64,000 nucleotides of DNA. It comes from a phage. The notes beneath the pieces are model-generated. The model searched no databases, was not told the origin of the DNA, and saw nothing but the letters and a program-made list of their open reading frames with translations. Positions within the stretch are counted from its first letter, which is position 1. Each line of letters starts with the position of its first letter. A program made the translations under genes and the position numbers. Below, in pieces: positions 42,548 through 52,850 of the stretch. The stretch is from the sequence record PZ027503.1; one strand, 5' to 3'.

Positions 42548-42813
42548 GTAAAACTTCTGTCGAGTTTATCGAGAAATCCCCTGTTCCAAAGTTATACCGT
42601 TTATCTGAAATTGAACCTATGTCTGTTTTCTACTACTACGATTCAGAAGTAAGTGAACAAGAACGGGACTACTACTTAGCTACAGATACAGGTGCAGTGT
42701 GCTTAACAGGTTCTCGTGCAGGAGAATACATTGTGACTAGTCGTTTTAATGAAGCAGATTACTGTTGGGCTAAGGTTGAAACTAAGATTGTCATCAACAT
42801 CACTAATCATTAA
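42544..42813 (+). CDS. hypothetical protein (89 aa)
   Basis: ORF track. Confidence 0.55.
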   Translation: MSKTSVEFIEKSPVPKLYRLSEIEPMSVFYYYDSEVSEQERDYYLATDTGAVCLTGSRAGEYIVTSRFNEADYCWAKVETKIVINITNH

Positions 42814-42835
42814 GACTAATCTGACAAAGAGTTAC

Positions 42836-42865
42836 TTGACATGTGCAAAGCTCTTTGTGTAGAAT
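42836..42865 (+). promoter_or_regulatory. sigma70-like promoter
   Basis: TTGACA-N18-TAGAAT upstream of AAGGAG RBS. Confidence 0.45.
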
Positions 42866-42895
42866 AAAGATTCACTTACTAAGGAGATTTTATAA

Positions 42896-43093
42896 ATGGC
42901 TACAAAGAAACAGAAAATGAAATGTCTTACTCTCACTGAACTGGGTCAAGCTTCCAACTGCGTTACTGTTGGTAAGATTTATTCTACAGTTTTTGATAAA
43001 GACAACAACAGTTTTACTTTCAAAGATGATAACGGAAACCCTCAAGTTGGAATCTACCCTTCCTGTGCTTTTGGTACTTGGGAAAAAGTGTAA
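42896..43093 (+). CDS. hypothetical protein (65 aa)
   Basis: ORF track. Confidence 0.5.
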   Translation: MATKKQKMKCLTLTELGQASNCVTVGKIYSTVFDKDNNSFTFKDDNGNPQVGIYPSCAFGTWEKV

Positions 43094-43136
43094 CTAATTA
43101 GAGGGTATACTTGTAAACAAGATTAAGGAGGCATTT

Positions 43137-43310
43137 ATGGGAGATAAACAAAGTAACATCCGTTACGCGCTTTATGGAAGAATGGGTGCAGATTGTGAAT
43201 GGATGCTTCTGTCGCAACGTATACCCTCTTACAAAGAGGCTCTTGAAAAAAGAGACTATTATAAACAAACATGGCGTTTTGTCATTTGTAAACACTATTT
43301 GGAGGCGTGA
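43137..43310 (+). CDS. small protein (57 aa)
   Basis: hand-translated MGDKQSNIRYALYGRMGADCEWMLLSQRIPSYKEALEKRDYYKQTWRFVICKHYLEA; AAGGAGG RBS. Confidence 0.45.
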   Translation: MGDKQSNIRYALYGRMGADCEWMLLSQRIPSYKEALEKRDYYKQTWRFVICKHYLEA

Positions 43311-43618
43311 TGAGTACATTATCATTAGCAGTTACGGTGCACCAGTATTACGAAGAAGCTGTAAAAGATTCAGAAAACCCATCTACATTGGTGTTTGAAG
43401 ATCGGACTGGTCTTAAATGGGTAGAATCTGGGGATGAACTCTACTTTTGGTATCCACAAGGTTGCACAAGTAATTCTAATTTGTATAGTTATGAACTGGA
43501 GTATCGTGCGCCTGTAGACGAAGATGACAATTACATCATGTATTATGTTAATAATGGTTGCGGTGAAACGTTTAATGTAGTATTCTCTAAAGCCTTGAAG
43601 TCCGACGAGGAGATGTAA
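43310..43618 (+). CDS. paralog family C member (102 aa)
   Basis: ORF track; TLSLAV...EDD.(F/Y)IM(F/Y) shared with next ORF. Confidence 0.55.
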   Translation: MSTLSLAVTVHQYYEEAVKDSENPSTLVFEDRTGLKWVESGDELYFWYPQGCTSNSNLYSYELEYRAPVDEDDNYIMYYVNNGCGETFNVVFSKALKSDEEM

Positions 43619-43923
43619 TGCGGCACAATACGACTTTAAGTTTGGCAGTTGCAGCCCACACGCTGTACAATGATTCTGTGAAGGATGAGTTGTCGCCTGT
43701 GAGTTTAGCTTTCTATCTGATAGATAGGGATTGGATGTTCTCTGGTGAGGATGAAATCTACTACGTAAATTCACGCGGTTTTATTGAAAGTTTTGAACTT
43801 GAACATCGCGCACCAACAGCAGAAGATGATCGTTTTATTATGTTCTGTGTAAATGATGGTTACGGAGAGGTGTATGACGTAGTATTCTTCAAAAACCGAC
43901 AGAAGACTGAAGAGGAATTCTAA
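43618..43923 (+). CDS. paralog family C member (101 aa)
   Basis: ORF track; tandem duplicate of 43310-43618. Confidence 0.55.
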   Translation: MRHNTTLSLAVAAHTLYNDSVKDELSPVSLAFYLIDRDWMFSGEDEIYYVNSRGFIESFELEHRAPTAEDDRFIMFCVNDGYGEVYDVVFFKNRQKTEEEF

Positions 43924-44286
43924 ATGAAAAGGCTACTTTGTATCCTGATGTTGATGATTGCCACCAATGCTACAGCCGCCCGTGATGGTTTCAAGATTGG
44001 GGTGGAAGGTAGCCAATTCTTCACTTGGTATGGTGGTGAAGCTGTCTACCAGGTGGATGATAAAAAGTATAACTGCAAGTTTGATCGTATAGATCGTGGA
44101 GTGGATAATTGGGGTGACGCTTACAAAGCCACAGGTTTCTATTGCACAAAAGATTTATATATTACAGTCAAAGAACCACAAGACAATAGAAAGGTGTTGT
44201 TCATTGTGGTAAACCCTGCTAAATTTGAAGAACGTAAAGCTTACTATGCAGATATGTTCATTGAATACAAAAAGGAGGAAAAATGA
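43924..44286 (+). CDS. secreted protein with signal peptide (120 aa)
   Basis: ORF track; MKRLLCILMLMIATNATA. Confidence 0.6.
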   Translation: MKRLLCILMLMIATNATAARDGFKIGVEGSQFFTWYGGEAVYQVDDKKYNCKFDRIDRGVDNWGDAYKATGFYCTKDLYITVKEPQDNRKVLFIVVNPAKFEERKAYYADMFIEYKKEEK

Positions 44287-44645
44287 GAGAAACAATCGTA
44301 GATGTTGTTATTAATGGTCAACGTTATGTGCCTGTTGTAGAGAAAGCTGAACCAGATGCTTTAGATGTTGTTTTTGAAGACGATGATCTTGGCACTGTTA
44401 CTGTGCGTGAATATTTCAGACGACTGCTCTCTACGCTTTGGGAAGAAGAAGATAGTTTCAGTGGAAAACGCCCTTTCGGTAACTCTTGCTGGCAGTTCGA
44501 TTTGATTATTGGTTTGATCGATGCTGGGTACCTGGAAGGTAAAGTTTATCGTGACGAAGATGGTGGTATAGAAGATACCGACTATGATCGGGAAGAAGCA
44601 GATAAACTCATCCAGGGTCTGATCGCACGTATGTGTTTAGGTTAA
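44283..44645 (+). CDS. hypothetical acidic protein (120 aa)
   Basis: ORF track. Confidence 0.55.
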   Translation: MRETIVDVVINGQRYVPVVEKAEPDALDVVFEDDDLGTVTVREYFRRLLSTLWEEEDSFSGKRPFGNSCWQFDLIIGLIDAGYLEGKVYRDEDGGIEDTDYDREEADKLIQGLIARMCLG

Positions 44646-44646
44646 T

Positions 44647-45015
44647 ATGAAGGTATTAAACTTTTACCATTTAGGCAAAACAATCCCAGAAGGTGCTGTT
44701 TATATTGGTAGAGCAATGCCACACATGGGATTAAAAGCCTCTAAGTTTGCAAACCCTTTTAAGTTAAAAGATGATGAACCACGAGGATCAACTATACAAA
44801 GGTATAAAGAGTGGTTGTGGGAGCAAATTCGTTGTGGTAAGATCACTCTTGAAGATTTATTAGAGTTAGAAGGGAAAGATTTAGTTTGCTTCTGCTCACC
44901 TCAACCTTGTCATGGAGATGTATTGGTAGCAGCCGTAGCTTGGGCTAGAAAAGAGTGGGACAAAAGGCATCCTACTTATGTAGACAATTATTGGATTTGG
45001 GAGGAGAATTTTTGA
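44647..45015 (+). CDS. conserved protein with CFCSPQPCHGD motif (possibly DUF4326-like)
   Basis: ORF track; family assignment from memory only. Confidence 0.5.
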   Translation: MKVLNFYHLGKTIPEGAVYIGRAMPHMGLKASKFANPFKLKDDEPRGSTIQRYKEWLWEQIRCGKITLEDLLELEGKDLVCFCSPQPCHGDVLVAAVAWARKEWDKRHPTYVDNYWIWEENF

Positions 45016-45365
45016 AAAATATTATTGATGTAGATGTGTTTGGTATCACAGCACTACAAGACAAACAAGCAACATTATACTACCATAAAAAAGAGGACCA
45101 AGCTTACATCTACATCGGGGCAGAAAAGTTTGGTGTCGGAGATATGGTTTTAAATGTTGAAGGAGATCTTCCTTTAGAACAAAAGTTGAAAGTTTTTCGT
45201 TTCACAGGAGATGTTAAACTAGACGGCGTTATCGCAATCCTACAAGAAGACCATTATTATATGGTAACTTTCGTTACTCCTGCTTTCTCTGGCCTTAATG
45301 GAGAAGACGCTCTTAATGATGTTATTATCTTAAAGATTGGTAATGCTCTAAACGATGTAAACTAA
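45012..45365 (+). CDS. hypothetical protein (~117 aa, TTG start uncertain)
   Basis: ORF track frame; GGAGGAG RBS then TTG. Confidence 0.45.
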   Translation: MKNIIDVDVFGITALQDKQATLYYHKKEDQAYIYIGAEKFGVGDMVLNVEGDLPLEQKLKVFRFTGDVKLDGVIAILQEDHYYMVTFVTPAFSGLNGEDALNDVIILKIGNALNDVN

Positions 45366-45378
45366 AGGGGGAGTGAGT

Positions 45379-45888
45379 ATGTTTTTTGATGCAAATTCTC
45401 TTTTTGTATCTACAGCAGGGCAGTCTGCTGTTAATGCAGAATTTGAGGAAAGAGAAGAATGGATTGATAATCACAACTACGATCCAAGTAATTTAAACTG
45501 GTGCAGTTTGGATGTTGGTAATCTTAGTAGAGATAATGCACTTAGAGCATACTACTCTGTATATACTGTTGACAATCTTTATCAATACTACGTGTTTCGT
45601 AGTCTTATTGTTAATCTTAATTTAGCTGGACGTTTAAAGAACAATAAGGCATTCACATTGGGACATTATATTCCCTTCCGTAAAGGTGGTGTGCATTTTC
45701 CATGTAATTGGATCATTCAAACACGAAAAGAAAACAGTTTAGCAGGAGACACCATGCCAAGATTTAAAGATAAGTGGACATGGGAAAAACAAATGGGGTA
45801 CATTAATGCACATTTGCCACCTAATCTAAAAGAACCTTACGCCAGCAGAGCTAAGGAAATGATGAGGATTGTCAAGAGTTTTTATTAA
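45379..45888 (+). CDS. hypothetical protein (169 aa)
   Basis: ORF track frame; ATG after AAGGGGGAG. Confidence 0.55.
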   Translation: MFFDANSLFVSTAGQSAVNAEFEEREEWIDNHNYDPSNLNWCSLDVGNLSRDNALRAYYSVYTVDNLYQYYVFRSLIVNLNLAGRLKNNKAFTLGHYIPFRKGGVHFPCNWIIQTRKENSLAGDTMPRFKDKWTWEKQMGYINAHLPPNLKEPYASRAKEMMRIVKSFY

Positions 45889-45902
45889 GAGAGGAGAAAT
45901 AC

Positions 45903-47495
45903 GTGTCTACACAATTGAGTTTTACACCTACCGAGGAACAATACGCTATTGAAAGCGGGTATAAAGAAAATCGTTTCGTTACAATTCAAGCTAAATCTGG
46001 ATCAGGTAAAACGTCAACACTGTATATGTTGGCTAATGGCACAAATGATAGTATTCTATACTTGGCGTTTAACAAAAGTATGGCAGAGGAAGCTCGACGT
46101 AAAATGCCGCCTAACGTTATGTGCCGAACGCTACATTCAATCTGTTACCAGCGTCTTCCACAAAACCTTCGACACAAATTGTCTCGTCCAGAAGGTCAAT
46201 ATGTTAACGTAGCTGGAACTGGTAGTGAGATTGCCAAAAAATTCAAGATTCAGAACTTGATTGATAAGAATGGTAAAGTGCTACTGACTCGTGCAATGAT
46301 CGGGTTAATGGTAAAACAAACTTTAGCTAAATATGAGTTTTCTGACGATGAACATATTGGACATAAACATTTTCCTAAAGTGCATATGTCAGATCTTAAA
46401 CGTAAGAACATCAACGAACAAAAACTTATTAACGAAGTTGTTAAATATGCGAAGCAACTTTGGCGTGAGCGTATTGATCCTAAATCAGAAACCATTATGA
46501 CTCATGACACCTATGTGAAACTCTTTGAATTGAGCAAAGAAGACTTAGGATATGATATTATTTTTGGAGATGAATTCCAGGATGTTAACCCTGCATTCCT
46601 GTCTATCCTTCGCAATGCTAAATCGGCTAAACGTATTGTTGTTGTGGGTGATGAATTTCAGAGTATTTATCAGTTCCGTGGAAGCCAGAACATGATGAAG
46701 CAAACGGCTACATATGGGGTTGAGTTGCCTCTGACAGCTTGTTTTCGCTTTGGTCCTAAAGTTGCGGACATTGCTAATGCGATCCTTTCTGATCGCTCAC
46801 CTCTGAAGCATCCGCTGGTAGGCAAAGGTTATGATACTGTCACTGGAAGTTTTCATTCTGATGTGGTAGATTATAGTAAACCTTACACCATTATTTTCCG
46901 TAAGAATTTGACTCTGTTGCTCGAAGCTATGGACCGAATCGCTAACGGAGAAGAGATTATTATTAACGTAGATACCAAAGATTTCATTTCTATGGTTGAT
47001 AGTGTTAATGCTTTACGTAGAGGTGATTTGGACAAAGTTAAGCATGAGACAGTTCTCCCTTACACTTCTTGGGAAGAATTTGTAGAGTGTGCAGAATCAG
47101 ATCCTGATGCAAAACGACTTTTAAACATTGTTGTTTCTGGTAAAGCTAATAATATTGCATACACTTTACGTATGCACCGTAACTCTCCAACGGCTAAAGT
47201 TACTTTAACTACAGCCCACAAATCAAAAGGTTTGGAATGGGATCAGGTTATTGTTGCAAATGACTTTCCTTCTAATTATGATAAGAAGGGTGAGTGGGTA
47301 GGTCTTGAAGAATCAGAACGAAATCTTCTGTATGTTGCACATACACGTTGTATTAAATGTCTACAATGGAACCGAACTGTTCAAGAGATTTTAGACATGC
47401 ATCGTTTAGGTAAGAGCACGGCTCCTGTGTCTGAAGAAGATAAGCTTATAGCTGCCCTTGCTCGTAAGATTAATCAAATCAGAGAGGATCGTTAA
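45903..47495 (+). CDS. UvrD/Rep-type superfamily 1 DNA helicase
   Basis: motif I AKSGSGKTS, motif II FGDEFQDV, motif III VVVGDEFQSIYQFRGS, motif VI TTAHKSKGLEWDQV; GTG start with GAGGAG RBS. Confidence 0.8.
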   Translation: MSTQLSFTPTEEQYAIESGYKENRFVTIQAKSGSGKTSTLYMLANGTNDSILYLAFNKSMAEEARRKMPPNVMCRTLHSICYQRLPQNLRHKLSRPEGQYVNVAGTGSEIAKKFKIQNLIDKNGKVLLTRAMIGLMVKQTLAKYEFSDDEHIGHKHFPKVHMSDLKRKNINEQKLINEVVKYAKQLWRERIDPKSETIMTHDTYVKLFELSKEDLGYDIIFGDEFQDVNPAFLSILRNAKSAKRIVVVGDEFQSIYQFRGSQNMMKQTATYGVELPLTACFRFGPKVADIANAILSDRSPLKHPLVGKGYDTVTGSFHSDVVDYSKPYTIIFRKNLTLLLEAMDRIANGEEIIINVDTKDFISMVDSVNALRRGDLDKVKHETVLPYTSWEEFVECAESDPDAKRLLNIVVSGKANNIAYTLRMHRNSPTAKVTLTTAHKSKGLEWDQVIVANDFPSNYDKKGEWVGLEESERNLLYVAHTRCIKCLQWNRTVQEILDMHRLGKSTAPVSEEDKLIAALARKINQIREDR

Positions 47496-47747
47496 ATGGC
47501 AGGGTATCACATAACAGACATTAAGAAACAACCTTATGGCAGCATAGAAAAGATTAAAGAGGAAGTAGAAGAACTTTTTGATGCTGTTGAACAGGATTGC
47601 AAAATAATGCAACTTGTTGAATTATCAGATATTATAGGTGCTGTTGAGGGAGTTTTAGAACAACAGTTCCCAGATATGACTTTACAAGACTTAATCATTA
47701 TGTCCAACATTACTAAACGCGCTTTCCGCACAGGAGGAAGATCATGA
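47496..47747 (+). CDS. MazG-like nucleotide pyrophosphohydrolase domain protein
   Basis: EEVEELFDAV ... ELSDIIGAV pattern. Confidence 0.45.
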   Translation: MAGYHITDIKKQPYGSIEKIKEEVEELFDAVEQDCKIMQLVELSDIIGAVEGVLEQQFPDMTLQDLIIMSNITKRAFRTGGRS

Positions 47748-48298
47748 ACGTAGCTGTTATTGCTCAAGCTATTGATTACTACGGGCGATTTGCGGAGATG
47801 TTGGAAGTCCCTTATCTTGTAGATGCGGATATCCTTGCATATACATTACCAGAAGGTAAAGAGGATCGCCCCTTGGGGCATCCTAATGGTAAGTTCTACG
47901 TAGCCAGTGCAGAGCAGTCTTTCCTCCAGATGGAGAAAGATGGGTTTGAATTTTCAACAGATCATCCTTATATGGCTCTAACACCTTGCTACCGAACAGA
48001 AGAAGAGTTGGATGATGCTCATTTTAACATTTTCTTAAAGTTGGAAATTATTGAGTTTTATCCAGGAGCGTCCGTCAAAGAATATGCCGAAACTATGCGC
48101 TATTTCTTTTGGACGTATTACAAAGTTCAAACTCAAATCATAGAGACAGATATTGGTCTTGACGTGGAAGATATGTATGGGTTAGAATTAGGTTCGTTTG
48201 GGATGAGAACTTCTCCACAAGGTCATCCATATTTATACGCCACTGGTATCGCAGAGCCTAGGGCATCTATTGCAATAAAACGAGGAGGGTTATTATGA
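47744..48298 (+). CDS. hypothetical protein (184 aa)
   Basis: ORF track. Confidence 0.55.
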   Translation: MNVAVIAQAIDYYGRFAEMLEVPYLVDADILAYTLPEGKEDRPLGHPNGKFYVASAEQSFLQMEKDGFEFSTDHPYMALTPCYRTEEELDDAHFNIFLKLEIIEFYPGASVKEYAETMRYFFWTYYKVQTQIIETDIGLDVEDMYGLELGSFGMRTSPQGHPYLYATGIAEPRASIAIKRGGLL

Positions 48299-49641
48299 AT
48301 GTATATGCACATAAGCAAGATTTGGTAACAGCGGCAAACAATCGGGGCTTGTTCGATAGGCTTTGCAAAGCTATTGAGATTGCATATGGTTGGACTAAAG
48401 AGACAGATCCTAAACTTACAGGACAATATGCTCTTTTACACGGTTGCACAAATTTTCCATACATCTGTCACACAGTCGGGACCGATGAATTTACTGGAGA
48501 GCCGACAGTAGGAGATAATGAACTACGTTTTACAGGAGATGCAATGCTAGATTTAATTTTTAAGAAAACTAAAATGCTAAAAATTGAAGATGTTTACACA
48601 GACACTAGTAACCTTTCTGAAGAAGAAATTGGAGAAATGATTACTACTTTCAATAATACAACAGGGAAGAGTTTTTGGACTAAAAGCGATGCTTCCCGTC
48701 TTAAACGAGTAGACCCTGCTATTCCAGAAGACGGTAAGAAGTATCGAAAAGTTATCTTTTACGATAAAATGGCAGGTCTGGATGCTCTACATCTTGAGTG
48801 TGGAAGCCTTGTGCCTCCGGCTGTTAGAGAACATGAATTTGCAGTTGAGGTTGAAGCACAGGAGTTTAAAGATATGTTTTATACTAAGCATGTAAGAAAA
48901 GTGGAAGATGTGGAACAACAAAAAGAGACTTTTGAACCAGAAGACACAGAGCCTACCTATATTCCTAATACAGGTATTCAACCTTGTGAGGACTTTGTTC
49001 AAGTCCGTTACAAAAATGGTGTTTTAGAAGTATGCAAAGCCAACCACTTCGAATGGGAGAAATACGACAGTGAATGGCAGATTGAAGAATATTTTGTTCT
49101 CCCAAGAACAGCAAAATACCAAGCCCACATCGGAGGTAGACGCCCTTGTGATGGTCCTGTTAATGTCCTTTTTCGAAATGGGGACAAAGGAAAAGGTTTG
49201 GCAGAGACGTTTTATTGGAGCCACTCTGGAGATGGGTCAGATATTGTAGGTTATATTCAACTTAACCCGTCTCCACGTTACCGCAAGCGTCGTCAGAAGC
49301 CGCCAGTAGGTAAGAAGAGTGTCGTTCGTGTCCTTTACACTACACAGCAGACATACACATTTAAAAATGTGGTAGACGTGCAAGTGACCGAGGAGCGAGT
49401 TTATATCCAATATGATCGTGAAGTTACAGAGGGTATTAAAGAATCGGTTACTACCGAAATTGAAAATAAGCTTGTTATGGCAATCATTGTGGAAGAAAGT
49501 AAAGTAGAGAACGGTAAAGCCTACATTGTTCGTGATAGCTTCTTGCGTAACATTGATGGAACTTGGGATTATAATGGACACGATGGGACCGCTGTAAAGA
49601 ACGGTAAGATCATGGGAAGACAATTCCTCTCCAAACGATAA
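48295..49641 (+). CDS. hypothetical protein (448 aa)
   Basis: ORF track; no recognised motif. Confidence 0.6.
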   Translation: MNVYAHKQDLVTAANNRGLFDRLCKAIEIAYGWTKETDPKLTGQYALLHGCTNFPYICHTVGTDEFTGEPTVGDNELRFTGDAMLDLIFKKTKMLKIEDVYTDTSNLSEEEIGEMITTFNNTTGKSFWTKSDASRLKRVDPAIPEDGKKYRKVIFYDKMAGLDALHLECGSLVPPAVREHEFAVEVEAQEFKDMFYTKHVRKVEDVEQQKETFEPEDTEPTYIPNTGIQPCEDFVQVRYKNGVLEVCKANHFEWEKYDSEWQIEEYFVLPRTAKYQAHIGGRRPCDGPVNVLFRNGDKGKGLAETFYWSHSGDGSDIVGYIQLNPSPRYRKRRQKPPVGKKSVVRVLYTTQQTYTFKNVVDVQVTEERVYIQYDREVTEGIKESVTTEIENKLVMAIIVEESKVENGKAYIVRDSFLRNIDGTWDYNGHDGTAVKNGKIMGRQFLSKR

Positions 49642-49647
49642 AACTTA

Positions 49648-49675
49648 AAGGCGCACTTTGCGCCTTTTTTGATTT
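49648..49675 (+). terminator. rho-independent terminator
   Basis: AAGGCGCACTTTGCGCCTT hairpin then TTTTTGATTTT. Confidence 0.6.
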
Positions 49676-49741
49676 TCCTCAAAGCTTTTTTCGGTTGGAA
49701 GAGGTAGAATAATAGTTCTACTCACAAAATAAGGATTAATA

Positions 49742-51556
49742 ATGAAAGATTTGTACCAAGATGTTTTTTCTTTTTTAGATCGCACTTCAGAAACATACAC
49801 TAGAGAGAATGCAAACAAACCTTCCCACCTCGTTAACACGCACAGGGATCTCTTGGCGGGGATTTTAAGCAAACATATGGCAATGACACAGATACTGCCA
49901 AAAAACTTGTCAGAATGGCATACAGAAGGTTTTGGACATATTCACGACTTGGATTATCTACTCTCTCCTCTTACAAACTGTTGTCTTGTTAATTATCAAG
50001 ATATGTTAGAGAATGGTTTTAAGATCGGAGCCGCACAGATAGAAAAACCAAAATCTATTGGGGTAGCTACTACAGTGCTAACTCAAATCATTCAAGCTGT
50101 TGCCTCCAGTCAGTATGGAGGTCAAACGTGTGCGCACATTGATAAAGGTCTTAGTCCTTATGTTGAAGCTAGTTTCCTTAAAAACATGGAGATAACCAAA
50201 CGTCGCTACGGTTGTTATGCAAGGAAAGAAGCCCTGGAAATGACCGAACAAGATGTATATGATGCTATGCAAACTCTCTTGTATCAGGTTAATACTTTAA
50301 TGAGTGTTAATGGACAATCTCCTTTTATTACAATCAGTATGGGTCTGGATACCTCTGTTTTTGGCAGAATGATCACAGCTAACTATCTTAAAGTGCATAG
50401 TAACGGTCTAGGCAAAGATCATGTAACACCTGTATTCCCTAAAGTTATTTTCTTTTTACAAGAAGGTGTTAACATGAAACCTAATGATCCTAACTATGAC
50501 CTTAAGCAACAAGCTTTGGCATGTTGTGCTGATCGTATTTATCCAGACTTTATTTCTGTTCCTTTGAACAAAGAAGTTACGGGATCAGCAGATGGTACTG
50601 TTACGAGTATGGGTTGTCGTTCCTTTTTGTCGTACTATGCCACCGAGCAAGGAGAAAAATATGATGGACGATTCAACCTTGGAGTAGTTTCTATCAACTT
50701 GCCTCTGATTGCTGCGGAAGCGAGAAGTAAAGGAGAATCTTTCACCGATCTTCTTAATAAACATATGGAGATAGCCTACGATGCTCACATGCTACGTGTA
50801 AACCGTATCAGACATACCAAAGCATCTGAAAACCCTATTCTTTTCATGGAAGGGGCTTTAGCGCGTTTAAATGCCAACGATGAAATTGGTGTTTTGTTTG
50901 AAGGTGGTTATGCTTCTATTAGTATTGGTTATGTAGGTCTTGCCGAAGCTTTGGAAATCCTTTATCCAGAAGAAAAAGATAAAAAGGAACTTGGTAAAAA
51001 CATTCTGCAACATATGAAAGATGTGTGTGCTGTGTTTAAAGAACGATCTAATTTGGCGTTTAGTCTCTATGGAACTCCAGCAGAATCTTTGTGCTATAAG
51101 TTTGCAACAGCTTTAAATGAAAAATACCCAGGTTTGGTAGAAAGAGACTATCTTACCAACTCTTTTCACCAACCTGTATGGTTGGTAACAAATCCTTTTG
51201 AAAAATGGGATTATGAAGCAGGTTTTGCACAGATTAGCAATGGTGGTAACATAAGTTATGTCGAAACACCAAACTTAAAGAATAACTTAGAAGCTTTGGA
51301 GACTTTAGTAGACTACGCTTATGAACATATTCACTATTTTGGTATTAATCAGCCCGTGGATCAATGCTTTAAGTGTGGTTTTCATGGAGAATTTAAGGCA
51401 ACGGCTAAAGGGTTTGAGTGTCCTGATTGTGGCAATCATGAAGAAGAAACTATTTCTGTAGTTAGACGTGTATCAGGGTATCTTTCTGCCCCTAATTCAC
51501 GGCCTTACAACAAAGGTAAAATGCAGGAAGTTTTGCAAAGGGAGAAACATCTTTGA
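49742..51556 (+). CDS. nrdD: anaerobic ribonucleoside-triphosphate reductase (class III RNR)
   Basis: 604 aa; C-terminal Zn ribbon CFKCG...CPDCG and glycyl-radical motif RRVSGYL. Confidence 0.85.
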   Translation: MKDLYQDVFSFLDRTSETYTRENANKPSHLVNTHRDLLAGILSKHMAMTQILPKNLSEWHTEGFGHIHDLDYLLSPLTNCCLVNYQDMLENGFKIGAAQIEKPKSIGVATTVLTQIIQAVASSQYGGQTCAHIDKGLSPYVEASFLKNMEITKRRYGCYARKEALEMTEQDVYDAMQTLLYQVNTLMSVNGQSPFITISMGLDTSVFGRMITANYLKVHSNGLGKDHVTPVFPKVIFFLQEGVNMKPNDPNYDLKQQALACCADRIYPDFISVPLNKEVTGSADGTVTSMGCRSFLSYYATEQGEKYDGRFNLGVVSINLPLIAAEARSKGESFTDLLNKHMEIAYDAHMLRVNRIRHTKASENPILFMEGALARLNANDEIGVLFEGGYASISIGYVGLAEALEILYPEEKDKKELGKNILQHMKDVCAVFKERSNLAFSLYGTPAESLCYKFATALNEKYPGLVERDYLTNSFHQPVWLVTNPFEKWDYEAGFAQISNGGNISYVETPNLKNNLEALETLVDYAYEHIHYFGINQPVDQCFKCGFHGEFKATAKGFECPDCGNHEEETISVVRRVSGYLSAPNSRPYNKGKMQEVLQREKHL

Positions 51557-52023
51557 ATTTTGCAGGATATGAACCTGTAGATCTTATTAATGGTGAGGGA
51601 GTTAGGTGCTCCCTCTGGGTTAGTGGTTGTAGCCACGGTTGTCGTGGCTGTTTTAACCAAAAAGCCTGGTCTTATTCTTATGGGAAACCGTTTACTCACG
51701 AAAATGTAGAGCAAGTTTTAAAAGATTTGTCAAGACCGTTTGTAAAAGGTTTAACAATTTTAGGAGGAGAGCCATTAGATCCGCAGAATATTTACAATGT
51801 TAAAAACCTTATAGAAAAGGTGAGAGACGTTTATGGGTCAAGCAAAGATATAATGGTGTATACAGGATATACTTTTGAGGAAGTGCCTTTGTATATTAAA
51901 AATCTTGTTGACATTATTGTAGACGGAAAGTATGAAATAAACAATCCAACTACAAAACCTTTCAGAGGGTCAGATAATCAAAGATTATGGACCAAAACGG
52001 CAAGTGGTTGGCAGTCAGATTAA
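51553..52023 (+). CDS. nrdG: anaerobic RNR activating radical-SAM enzyme
   Basis: CSHGCRGC (Cx3Cx2C) motif; ATGA-coupled to nrdD. Confidence 0.85.
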   Translation: MNFAGYEPVDLINGEGVRCSLWVSGCSHGCRGCFNQKAWSYSYGKPFTHENVEQVLKDLSRPFVKGLTILGGEPLDPQNIYNVKNLIEKVRDVYGSSKDIMVYTGYTFEEVPLYIKNLVDIIVDGKYEINNPTTKPFRGSDNQRLWTKTASGWQSD

Positions 52024-52036
52024 CTTAGGAGGTTTC

Positions 52037-52228
52037 ATGGTTACATATTTTGCTGTAGGAGATAGAGTAGGGACGGCAGGAGAACTTTTGAAGAACAGTG
52101 ATCGGGACGTTAAGGACATTCTTGCAACCCTTGTGGATATTTTACAAAGAAAAGAGTTGCTTTCTGATCGAGATGTTGCTAAATTACTTGATATCGGAGG
52201 AGATGAACTTCAAAGACTTCCATTTTAA
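52037..52228 (+). CDS. hypothetical protein (63 aa)
   Basis: ORF track frame; ATG after TTAGGAGG. Confidence 0.45.
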   Translation: MVTYFAVGDRVGTAGELLKNSDRDVKDILATLVDILQRKELLSDRDVAKLLDIGGDELQRLPF

Positions 52229-52243
52229 GTGAGGAGATAAGTA

Positions 52244-52849
52244 ATGCAACATAGTGTAGTAGTCAACATGCCGAATAGTGGGGATAAATCTTTTGGTGCC
52301 CCTGCTAAAAAAGTGTGGAAAGCCCATTTTCATCTTACTTTATCTAACGTTAGTTCTGAAGAGTTGATGAAAGCAGCTAAGATTATTGGTGCCAAATGCA
52401 CAACAATTGATTTACATCGGGATACAAAGTCTCAACGTGATCGTATGTTAACAAAGTATCAAAGCGATCTCGACACTACTTTAATGTTGCAGTGTGTAGA
52501 AAAACTTGAGAAGGCAGGTTTCAATGTTGTTCGTTACAAACTGGAACGAATGTTTAAACATGTTGCCTGTGTTCTTTTCATGGATCTAAGCAAAGAAAAT
52601 TATGGAGAAGTTCACATTAAGACTTCAGCAAGTGATCCCGAAGTAGAAACAAACTTCTTCCGTATTTCTTCTAATGCTGAAGAAATTGATTACCGATTTT
52701 ATAATGCTCGCTTATATTCCGCAGAAGATAAGTTGCGTTTCAATGAAGCGTATGAGATGCTCTTGAACAGTGGGATACAGATAAAAGGCTACCACATAGA
52801 ACAAGTGGTAGTGGACAGTAATCTTAATTTAGACGCATGGTGGGCTTAA
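52244..52849 (+). CDS. hypothetical protein (201 aa)
   Basis: ORF track. Confidence 0.55.
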   Translation: MQHSVVVNMPNSGDKSFGAPAKKVWKAHFHLTLSNVSSEELMKAAKIIGAKCTTIDLHRDTKSQRDRMLTKYQSDLDTTLMLQCVEKLEKAGFNVVRYKLERMFKHVACVLFMDLSKENYGEVHIKTSASDPEVETNFFRISSNAEEIDYRFYNARLYSAEDKLRFNEAYEMLLNSGIQIKGYHIEQVVVDSNLNLDAWWA

Positions 52850-52850
52850 T

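Noticed and set aside
48295-49641. 448-aa protein as a NAMPT-like enzyme completing an NAD-reconstitution pair with the PRTase
   Set aside because: No NAMPT/type-II PRTase motifs are recognisable in the sequence; the idea rested on size and context only.
49742-51556. Intron or intein interruption of nrdD, as known in some phage nrdD genes
   Set aside because: The 604-aa reading frame is continuous from start to the C-terminal Zn ribbon and glycyl-radical motif, with no frame break or inserted endonuclease domain.
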